Source: a virus. From it: a DNA stretch of 41,426 nucleotides. How positions within the stretch are numbered: position 1 is the stretch's first letter; every line of letters begins with the position of its first letter. The DNA lies in the IMG/VR virus record IMGVR_UViG_3300028914_000024, positions 1 to 41,426 of that record; one strand, written 5' to 3'. The notes below the pieces were generated by a model. That model had not been told where the DNA came from. It did no database searches and worked only from the letters and a program-made list of their open reading frames with translations. The position numbers and the translations under genes were made by a program. Shown here piece after piece: positions 17,734 to 24,076 of the stretch.

Positions 17734-18209
17734 TATCTCATACTTCTTTGTAATGTTTCATTTAACATTTGATGTTGTTGTGGTGTTTCAGCTTCTTCGT
17801 GTAACACTTGAATAAAATCTTCAAGAGCTTTTACCATATAGTGAAATGATTTATCAGTTTCTTCACCCGCACCATATCTATTTCGGCTTTCCATATATCT
17901 ACCATATTCCCCTGACATTCTATCTAAACTATCATCTCCACGATATTTCATATCTCTACCTCTGCGTCCATAGTTGCCATATTCTCCATAGTTTTCTCCA
18001 TAACTACCACGTCCATATTCTCCATAACTATCATATCCTGGTCTTCTAGCACCATAATTACCATAATTCATATTTTCATCCTCCTTTTCCATATGTTTTA
18101 TTTTTGCTAATTTATAAACAATATCTAAATTGTTTGTTGTTAGTCCATCTTTTATAGTTCTTTCTATCGTTTCTTCCGTTAGTCTTAATAAGTTTGACTT
18201 TTCTTCCAA
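17733..18209 (-). CDS. Gly/Tyr/Arg-rich low-complexity protein
   Basis: NYGNYGARRPGYDSYGEYGRGSYGENYGEYGNYGRRGRD core. Probable TTG start at 18209 after AAGGGAG (the ORF track extends to 18272). Confidence 0.6.
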   Translation of the reverse strand: MEEKSNLLRLTEETIERTIKDGLTTNNLDIVYKLAKIKHMEKEDENMNYGNYGARRPGYDSYGEYGRGSYGENYGEYGNYGRRGRDMKYRGDDSLDRMSGEYGRYMESRNRYGAGEETDKSFHYMVKALEDFIQVLHEEAETPQQHQMLNETLQRSMR

Positions 18210-18210
18210 T

Positions 18211-18393
18211 TTAATCACTCCCTTCTTTAAGGATTTGTAATATTTCTTCTTGATTTTTAATAATCTTTTCAAAATATTGTGTATCTTGTTTTTGCAATTC
18301 TTTCATTAAGTCAGTATTGTTATAATCTTGTAATAATAAAATAACACTGTATAATTGTAAAATTAATGATGTTATATCTATATTATTTCTCAT
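18211..18393 (-). CDS. Hypothetical protein
   Basis: 60-aa ORF, coupled to the upstream gene (ATGA overlap at 18393). Confidence 0.5.
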   Translation of the reverse strand: MRNNIDITSLILQLYSVILLLQDYNNTDLMKELQKQDTQYFEKIIKNQEEILQILKEGSD

Positions 18394-18854
18394 TAAATCC
18401 TACTTATGCTAAATGTGGCATTAGTTATAATTGCTTGTGTAGTTGCTATTGGTGTTGTTGGGTCAGTTGGGGTTGGTACACTTGATACACTTTGAACTGA
18501 TATATTAGTTGTTCCTCTAGGACAGACCCTTAACTTTTTATCAAATGAAATAGTTTCGTAATCATCCGCTGTCGCAATAGTAACTGCACGAATTGTGTCA
18601 GGTATTAACACTCCATCTTGATACAAACCTATTGCCACTACACCAGCAGTTGCTGAAGAAACTGATGCACTAAATTCTACATCATAATAGCCTGTGTATC
18701 CATTACCAAATATTTTAAAGTTGGGGTTACCACTTGAGTAATCTAGCCATCCATTACAAGTAGCACATCTTGTTCTTATATCAGTTTCATCAAAAGTTAT
18801 TGGACTTGCATTACTTGGCAATACCAATGGTTCATTTATAATTGTTTCTATCAT
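18393..18854 (-). CDS. TNF/C1q-like jelly-roll protein (BclA C-terminal / ExsF-like pattern)
   Basis: Alternating beta pattern GYYDVEFSASVSS...VAIGLYQDGVLIPDT...NISVQ...ITNATFSISRI resembles exosporium BclA-C/BxpB-type domains. Inference. Confidence 0.4.
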   Translation of the reverse strand: MIETIINEPLVLPSNASPITFDETDIRTRCATCNGWLDYSSGNPNFKIFGNGYTGYYDVEFSASVSSATAGVVAIGLYQDGVLIPDTIRAVTIATADDYETISFDKKLRVCPRGTTNISVQSVSSVPTPTDPTTPIATTQAIITNATFSISRI

Positions 18855-18976
18855 TCTATCTTTCTCCTCTCATAATAAATAAAGAGATAGAACTATGCCT
18901 ATCTCTCGTTTCCCCTATAAAGGGTTTTTGTTAGCAAGTTCTCGTCTTCGAGTATGTAGTATTCTACTCTATGCTA

Positions 18977-19798
18977 TTAAATAAATTGACTTGTAGTGTT
19001 CATTCCACAACCGCATCCACCATTGCAAGTGAAGATAGGTATTCTTCCATAGACTGGTGTGCTTGGAACTGGGCAATTAGAAAGTCTGTTATACAATGCA
19101 TCTACTTCAGCCTCTTGACCCGCTCTTAATTGTGCAGTCTGTTGAATTTGACTAGCCTGTAAATCTTTCATTAAGATTTCTCTTTGTAAATCACCAATTT
19201 TTTCATTTTTTGCATCAATCTTGTCTTGGCATAATTGGTCTAATATTCTTTGAGTTGATGCAGTTTGGCTTGAAATAATATCTCTAATTCCATTGCTTAA
19301 AGCCTCTCTATCAGCACAATTTTCGCTTATTACTGTTGATGTTAGATTAGCTAATCCTAATCTATTTTCACAACAACAATTTAAAAATGATGTATTTAAA
19401 CCATAAAAACCATCTTTAATGCTGTCATTTAATGTGTATGTTGAATTACATAATTGGCTTGATAAAGAATTTATGCCATTTGTAACATCTTGAATATCAT
19501 TGCTTAATTGTAAAGCATTAAAACCTGCATTTGTGTTTTGCATAATTTCTTTTTGCCCATTAGATAACCAAGCATAATCATTATTAAAGCCATTATTGAA
19601 GAAACCACCATTTCCATTGTTTCCCCAACCACCAAATAGTGCAAACAATAAAATTATCCAAATCCAATCACCACCATAACCAAAACCACTATTACCATAT
19701 CCTCCCATCATTGGCATAACTGGGTATGGATAAGCAAAACCATTGTTGCCATTTGTGGTTGCTAATTCTACTGTTGGTTGTATTCCGTTTCCGTTCAT
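18977..19798 (-). CDS. Membrane-anchored Gly/Asn-rich, coiled-coil, Cys-rich protein
   Basis: G/N/Y-rich N-terminus, one TM helix (WIWIILLFALFGGW), a coiled-coil, and Cys clusters (NCCCENR, CNGGCGCG). ATG at 19798 follows AAAGGAGGTGA. Confidence 0.65.
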   Translation of the reverse strand: MNGNGIQPTVELATTNGNNGFAYPYPVMPMMGGYGNSGFGYGGDWIWIILLFALFGGWGNNGNGGFFNNGFNNDYAWLSNGQKEIMQNTNAGFNALQLSNDIQDVTNGINSLSSQLCNSTYTLNDSIKDGFYGLNTSFLNCCCENRLGLANLTSTVISENCADREALSNGIRDIISSQTASTQRILDQLCQDKIDAKNEKIGDLQREILMKDLQASQIQQTAQLRAGQEAEVDALYNRLSNCPVPSTPVYGRIPIFTCNGGCGCGMNTTSQFI

Positions 19799-19830
19799 TA
19801 TCTCACCTCCTTTCATCCTCTATATCAACT

Positions 19831-20076
19831 CTATTTTGAGTTAATATTATTATTAAACATTTGCATCATTTGTTGCCATTGTTGTTTTTGTTGTGGGTTA
19901 AAATTGTTTATAGTTTCATTTAATAAGTCATTAGGGTTATTATTTTTTCTAGCATCTTGATATTTTTTATATGCTTGAGGATTTGTTCTTTTTAGCTGTT
20001 GTTCTAATTGTGTCATCATTTGTTGTGGTATTTGTTGCATCTTGTTTTGCATCAGCATTTGTAACATCTGCATCAT
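19831..20076 (-). CDS. Gln/Met/Asn-rich small protein
   Basis: 81-aa ORF with an AAAGGAA RBS. Overlaps the 3' end of 19967..20464 by 110 nt in the +1 frame. Confidence 0.5.
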   Translation of the reverse strand: MMQMLQMLMQNKMQQIPQQMMTQLEQQLKRTNPQAYKKYQDARKNNNPNDLLNETINNFNPQQKQQWQQMMQMFNNNINSK

Positions 20077-20464
20077 TTTTTATCATTCCTTTCAGTTCTT
20101 CAATTTGCGATTGTAAGTATTGTATTTGTAAATCTTTGCTATCAAGTGGCACTATTTCTTTTAATTCATAAGTTTTAATAGTGCCTTTAGTATTTTTAAT
20201 CCATAATACTGACATATCTTTACTAAAGAATGGGGTATCACCATATATTATTTCTTTGCTAACATCATCAATGGTGTTTGCATATCTCATTGTGTTTGTT
20301 CCGTTTGGTGCAAGTTGGAATGTTTGATTAATAGCGGGTTGTTGATTATTTTTAAATTGTTCTTTCATTTGATTTAGTTGTGCTATTTGATTGTCAATTC
20401 TATCATTTATGCTTTGTTGATTAAAATTTGAATTATAAGTATTCATATATGGATTGTTATACAT
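19967..20464 (-). CDS. Asn/Gln-rich protein with a globular central domain
   Basis: 165-aa ORF with AGGAGGT RBS. The N-terminal 60 aa are N/Q-rich. Confidence 0.65.
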   Translation of the reverse strand: MYNNPYMNTYNSNFNQQSINDRIDNQIAQLNQMKEQFKNNQQPAINQTFQLAPNGTNTMRYANTIDDVSKEIIYGDTPFFSKDMSVLWIKNTKGTIKTYELKEIVPLDSKDLQIQYLQSQIEELKGMIKNDADVTNADAKQDATNTTTNDDTIRTTAKKNKSSSI

Positions 20465-20581
20465 ATTTACCTCCTAAAAGAAAAGAGAGTGTAGTAATAG
20501 TGTTTTAAACTAAATACTTAACTCTCCTTTCTAATTTAAGTATAGATTTTATTATTAATTTAAAAATGCAATAAAAAAGCA

Positions 20582-20815
20582 TCACAATAAAAGTAATGCT
20601 TTCCAAGTTTGCATAAATACATAATCCGCAAAAATATCTTTTAGCTTTCTTATTTCATAGCCGATAGTTCTTTGACTAACACCTATTTCCATAGCTATTT
20701 TTACTATGCTATCTTTATTTATTAACATATTAATTATTCTAATTTGTTCATCCGTAAGTGATACATTCCTTATAAAGTCGTCATATATTGCTTTGATTTT
20801 TAATTTCTCAACCAT
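20582..20815 (-). CDS. Small sigma-70 region-4 / LuxR-like HTH regulator
   Basis: LTDEQIRIINMLINKDSIVKIAMEIGVSQRTIGYEIRKLKD. ATG at 20815 follows GAGGTGG (the ORF track extends to 20833). Confidence 0.6.
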   Translation of the reverse strand: MVEKLKIKAIYDDFIRNVSLTDEQIRIINMLINKDSIVKIAMEIGVSQRTIGYEIRKLKDIFADYVFMQTWKALLLL

Positions 20816-20874
20816 TCCCCCACCTCGTTGCAATATATTACACTATATTTAATAAGATAGAATGCAAACTTTAG

Positions 20875-20914
20875 GCAAATAATAGCAAATAATAGCAAAT
20901 AATGGCAATTTGGC
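20875..20914. repeat. Tandem 10-bp repeats (gcaaataata x3 plus a degenerate copy)
   Basis: ggcaaataat agcaaataat agcaaataat ggcaatttggc read directly, lying between the two HTH genes. Confidence 0.9.
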
Positions 20915-20916
20915 AT

Positions 20917-21138
20917 TTAAAAAAAATACTTGCTAATCTTGTTATAAATTTCTTGCTTTCTATTAGTAATTGTTCTCATAGAATACCCCGTTTTTATCAT
21001 AATGCCCTTTAATGGTTCACCTTGTAAACATAAATCCAGGATTGTTTTTTCTTTTCGGCTTTCTCTTAGGATGCCTTTTTTTATTATAAAGTCGTATGTT
21101 TCTTTAGGCATATCAAAGTAATAATGTGGTTTTTTCAT
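20917..21138 (-). CDS. Small sigma-70 region-4-like HTH regulator
   Basis: KEKTILDLCLQGEPLKGIMIKTGYSMRTITNRKQEIYNKI. Own consensus promoter upstream. Confidence 0.55.
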   Translation of the reverse strand: MKKPHYYFDMPKETYDFIIKKGILRESRKEKTILDLCLQGEPLKGIMIKTGYSMRTITNRKQEIYNKISKYFF

Positions 21139-21163
21139 ATAATACCCCCTTAATTGGCTATGT

Positions 21164-21192
21164 ATTATATAATAAGATTTTAATTAATGCAA
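21164..21192 (-). promoter_or_regulatory. Sigma-A-type promoter
   Basis: Minus strand TTGCAT-17 nt-TATAAT. Confidence 0.7.
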
Positions 21193-21193
21193 C

Positions 21194-21215
21194 AAAAAAA
21201 GTGCTATTTAGCACT
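21194..21215 (-). terminator. Intrinsic terminator
   Basis: Minus strand AGUGCU-AAAU-AGCACU followed by U7. The stop codon of 21204..21431 lies in the loop. Confidence 0.65.
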
Positions 21216-21431
21216 CTTTACCTCTTTTAGTTCACTTTCTATCAATGATATGCTTTTTTCAGCTTTATACATCCTATCAATCAAGTTATTATGCTCGTGA
21301 ACCTTTTTATCTAGTTCGTCTATTCTATAGATAACTAAATCGTTGTTTCTTTTATTGCTTGATATAGTAGCTAACACAGATGGTATTGCTACACATAAAC
21401 CACTTATAATGGCTGTCCAAATTCCTTGCAT
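21204..21431 (-). CDS. BhlA/UviB-family holin-like protein
   Basis: N-terminal TM helix QGIWTAIISGLCVAIPSVLATI followed by a coiled-coil, as in BhlA/UviB. Confidence 0.6.
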   Translation of the reverse strand: MQGIWTAIISGLCVAIPSVLATISSNKRNNDLVIYRIDELDKKVHEHNNLIDRMYKAEKSISLIESELKEVKSAK

Positions 21432-21492
21432 ATAACCCTCCTCATACTCTTACATTGTAATTATATCACTAAATAGAAAAAAAGACAAATCG

Positions 21493-21795
21493 TTATTGTC
21501 TTTTATTTAATTCTTCTAATATTTGATTTATTTTTTCTTTTAATACTTTAAAATTGTAATTAATTTTATGATATGTAACTGTTTTACTATCAATAGTAGT
21601 TACATCAAACAATTCATCATCAGGTATGATAGGCAAACATTCATCTTCTAACTCTAAATTTAGGTTTTCTTTGTCCACTATATATCTATTAAAAAATTCT
21701 TTAATAGTACAAAAATCATTTTTTGAGAATAAATATTTTATTTCCTCATCAACTTCATCATTTGCTATTTTATTTAATAAATCAATTACTTTCAT
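21493..21795 (-). CDS. Hypothetical protein (paralog of 36269..36646 at the N-terminus)
   Basis: MKVIDLLNKIANDE versus MEVIDLLNKIANGE. The first ~40 nt of the two genes are nearly identical. Confidence 0.65.
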   Translation of the reverse strand: MKVIDLLNKIANDEVDEEIKYLFSKNDFCTIKEFFNRYIVDKENLNLELEDECLPIIPDDELFDVTTIDSKTVTYHKINYNFKVLKEKINQILEELNKRQ

Positions 21796-21946
21796 ATAAT
21801 TCCTCCAATAAATTAATTAAATCTTTATAAGCTGATACCTTACTTACATATCTTTTTTTGCCTCGTTGTCTATCTTCTATTTCAGCTTTTATTTTTAACT
21901 CATACAACTTGTCAATTGCATATTCTACTAATCGTATGTTGTCCAT
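21782..21946 (-). CDS. Hypothetical small protein (54 aa, below ORF-track cutoff)
   Basis: Hand translation MDNIRLVEYAIDKLYELKIKAEIEDRQRGKKRYVSKVSAYKDLINLLEELYESN. GGAGAGGT RBS. Fills an otherwise empty gap. Confidence 0.45.
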   Translation of the reverse strand: MDNIRLVEYAIDKLYELKIKAEIEDRQRGKKRYVSKVSAYKDLINLLEELYESN

Positions 21947-22122
21947 CTTTTACCTCTCCATAATCTTAATTTTTTATTCATTTGAGCTTTAAAATATGCT
22001 TTGTCATCTAATACTTTACCACATAAATGACACACACCAGATTTTTTTACATAATAATCGTGATTTTGATAACCACATACATCACATTTTATGTTCTTTA
22101 ATTCTACCATTTTCTTTTTCAT
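21928..22122 (-). CDS. Zinc-ribbon protein
   Basis: CDVCGYQ...CHLCGK (CxxC...CxxC). Confidence 0.6.
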   Translation of the reverse strand: MKKKMVELKNIKCDVCGYQNHDYYVKKSGVCHLCGKVLDDKAYFKAQMNKKLRLWRGKRWTTYD

Positions 22123-22261
22123 ACTTCATCTCCTTATATGCTAGTACATAATCAAGTTGCTTTTGTGTCATATGAAATAGTCTATTAATATACATCGTTA
22201 AAGTATATTTTCTGCCATATTCTTTAAGCATCTTTTTTAGTTCTTTATTTTTTATTATCAT
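22082..22261 (-). CDS. Hypothetical small protein (59 aa, below ORF-track cutoff)
   Basis: Hand translation MIIKNKELKKMLKEYGRKYTLTMYINRLFHMTQKQLDYVLAYKEMKYEKENGRIKEHKM. AAGGGAG RBS. Confidence 0.4.
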   Translation of the reverse strand: MIIKNKELKKMLKEYGRKYTLTMYINRLFHMTQKQLDYVLAYKEMKYEKENGRIKEHKM

Positions 22262-22547
22262 CGTTGCACTCCCTTAAATCAACGCAACGCAAATCCCCAC
22301 ACCCACATTTTGGGCAATTACTTGTAATAGAATAACTTTTACCATCTTGCCATTCATAACCGCATTCCATACAAGTATAATAATACCTTTTTTCTATAAT
22401 AATTTTGTCATATTCAACACGAATATTTATTTCATCATCATCATCAATTTCAGCTTCTTGCACTATTCTTTTTGGTATATGTGCAGTATAACAATTAATT
22501 CTTTTTTCATTATTTGCTATATATATTTGTTTACTTAATTTTGGCAT
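22245..22547 (-). CDS. AbrB/SpoVT-like domain fused to a zinc ribbon
   Basis: IPKRIVQEAEI...INIRVEYDKIIIEK swapped-hairpin-like N-terminus. C-terminal CMECG...CPKCGC. Confidence 0.5.
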   Translation of the reverse strand: MPKLSKQIYIANNEKRINCYTAHIPKRIVQEAEIDDDDEINIRVEYDKIIIEKRYYYTCMECGYEWQDGKSYSITSNCPKCGCGDLRCVDLRECNDDNKK

Positions 22548-23059
22548 TTTTCTTTCTCCTTTTCTTTGACTTTGTAATATAATCTAGCACTCAGTATAGC
22601 AGTTTTAGTAATCATACCATCATTAGATAACAAACTTTTGTTTTTTATACAATTATACTCTGGTGTTGATACTGCCATTAAATTGTCAATGTCAAAGTTT
22701 GTTCTATCACCATCCAAAAATATAACCATTGTTCCTTTAGGCAATTTTACATTATGATATTGCTCGTAAATATGCCTTTGTTTGTATTCCCATTTGTTTG
22801 GTGTGACTTTAACCAATACCATATTGTCTGGCTTAACGTATTCAGTTCCAATTGGTATTCTATTGCCCATTGCTTTTGCTTTATTAGGGTTATAATCTTT
22901 ATATCTTATTTGTCTTTTTTGCAAGTATTCTCGTAACATTTCTTTTGTAATTTGATAGTTATATTTGTTTTTGGCAATATCTAGCAATTTGTCTATTGTA
23001 TTACTAGACCCTTTTTTATACATTTCTTTTTCAAATTCTTTTGAATACTTATTTCTCAT
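22535..23059 (-). CDS. Free-standing HNH homing endonuclease (HNH_3-like)
   Basis: KWEYKQRHIYEQYHNVKLPKGTMVIFLDGDRTNFDIDNLMAV matches the HNH_3 pattern (H...DGD..N...NL). Confidence 0.65.
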   Translation of the reverse strand: MRNKYSKEFEKEMYKKGSSNTIDKLLDIAKNKYNYQITKEMLREYLQKRQIRYKDYNPNKAKAMGNRIPIGTEYVKPDNMVLVKVTPNKWEYKQRHIYEQYHNVKLPKGTMVIFLDGDRTNFDIDNLMAVSTPEYNCIKNKSLLSNDGMITKTAILSARLYYKVKEKEKEKCQN

Positions 23060-23291
23060 TTACAACACCAAGCTCTAATGTTAATTTGTCTTTTTGTGTT
23101 TCGTATTTAGTTGCTACTTCAATAATTCTTAAACCAACATTTACACTTTTTAAAAATGTTACAGCACTACCTGATAAAGCATTTGCTCTTGCAATTTCTT
23201 CACTTTTATCAACGTGTGTGTTGTCTAAATTATCTAGTCTTTCCATTTGCCTCATTAACATTTGTTGCATTTTAATTAAATTATTATTCAT
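23049..23291 (-). CDS. Hypothetical helical protein
   Basis: 80-aa ORF coupled to neighbours. Confidence 0.55.
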   Translation of the reverse strand: MNNNLIKMQQMLMRQMERLDNLDNTHVDKSEEIARANALSGSAVTFLKSVNVGLRIIEVATKYETQKDKLTLELGVVNEK

Positions 23292-23479
23292 TATTTATTC
23301 ACCCCCTTTTTGGTGCATATGAACATTATATTTATTGGTATACACATAATACACGCTAAATATAATCTCCAGGTATTTAAGTTTTGTAATGTTTCTTTTT
23401 TAGTAAACAACATTATGCCAACCTCAATCAACATCAAAACCAATGCCCCTACCTTGTAACAATTTACTTTCTTTTTCAT
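23291..23479 (-). CDS. Small membrane protein (2 TM)
   Basis: VGALVLMLIEVGIMLF and LYLACIMCIPINIMFI. AAGGAGGT RBS. First gene after promoter 23504..23532. Confidence 0.6.
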   Translation of the reverse strand: MKKKVNCYKVGALVLMLIEVGIMLFTKKETLQNLNTWRLYLACIMCIPINIMFICTKKGVNK

Positions 23480-23503
23480 AATCTACCTCCTTGTTACAAT
23501 TAC

Positions 23504-23532
23504 ACTATAACATAGTTATATGACTATGTCAA
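23504..23532 (-). promoter_or_regulatory. Sigma-A-type promoter
   Basis: Minus strand TTGACA-17 nt-TATAGT, followed by GTAATTGT as in promoter 23881..23909. Confidence 0.75.
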
Positions 23533-23552
23533 TACTAAATTTGTTATTTTAC

Positions 23553-23585
23553 AAAAAAAAAGACACCAACCACGAATAGGTGTCT
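23553..23585 (-). terminator. Intrinsic terminator ending the candidate ncRNA
   Basis: Minus strand AGACACC-11 nt loop-GGUGUCU followed by U8. Confidence 0.8.
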
Positions 23586-23874
23586 TTCATAAAATAGATT
23601 AGGAAGGTGCTTTGTAAACACCATAGAATAGATGAAAAGCGTGTAGTATCATCTACTCTATGTTGCCTATAAAGGCAACTTTGTACATATGTGTGGTCTG
23701 TAAAGTGCTTTTATTTAGCACCATTAGAATAGATATAGAGAACCTACAGATAACCCCTTAACAGTTCTCGGCTCATTTTAGTCATTTTGGGGTTTTGCCA
23801 TTATATACCTATCCTAATGCTACCAAATAAGGTAGCCTCTTTGACATAACAAATGGATGCTTTGTTGTTAGAAC
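23553..23874 (-). ncRNA. Candidate structured non-coding RNA of about 320 nt (family not identified)
   Basis: Own consensus promoter and terminator. No RBS-led ORF. At least 7 helices, with G-U pairs that work only on the minus strand. Contains an internally duplicated 17-nt module. Confidence 0.6.
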
Positions 23875-23880
23875 AATTAC

Positions 23881-23909
23881 ATTATAGCATATAATTATTC
23901 TTTTTGCAA
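23881..23909 (-). promoter_or_regulatory. Sigma-A-type promoter driving the candidate ncRNA
   Basis: Minus strand TTGCAA-17 nt-TATAAT. Confidence 0.75.
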
Positions 23910-23914
23910 TATAG

Positions 23915-23937
23915 AAAAAGAACATATTTCTATGTTC
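23915..23937 (-). terminator. Intrinsic terminator of the packaging/head operon
   Basis: Minus strand GAACAUA-GAAA-UAUGUUC followed by U5. Confidence 0.6.
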
Positions 23938-24076
23938 AAAAACACACTCGCTTTTAGCATTATCACGTTAATAATGCCTTGTTTGATGAACGCTAGGAAC
24001 TCTTACAAGTTATCATCTTGTATTCTAACTCTTACCCAGCTAGGAGTTTCTCTGTGTTTTCTTAATTATAACATAA

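Noticed and set aside
20875-20914. Possible CRISPR-like or minisatellite array
   Set aside because: There are only three to four contiguous 10-bp units, with no spacers. This is far too short and unspaced for CRISPR. It is treated as a regulatory repeat instead.
23553-23874. Tiny ORFs inside the candidate ncRNA (MSKRLPYLVALG at about 23809..23847; MAKPQND at about 23777..23800)
   Set aside because: They have no convincing Shine-Dalgarno at the proper spacing, and they lie within predicted helices. The region is better explained as RNA.
23480-24076. Naming the ORF-free region outright as ROOL or GOLLD RNA
   Set aside because: The size (a ~600-nt gap), the phage context and the Firmicute-like host fit. 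However, I cannot reproduce those consensus structures from memory, and the promoter and terminator delimit only about 320 nt. It is left as an unclassified ncRNA pending a covariance-model search.
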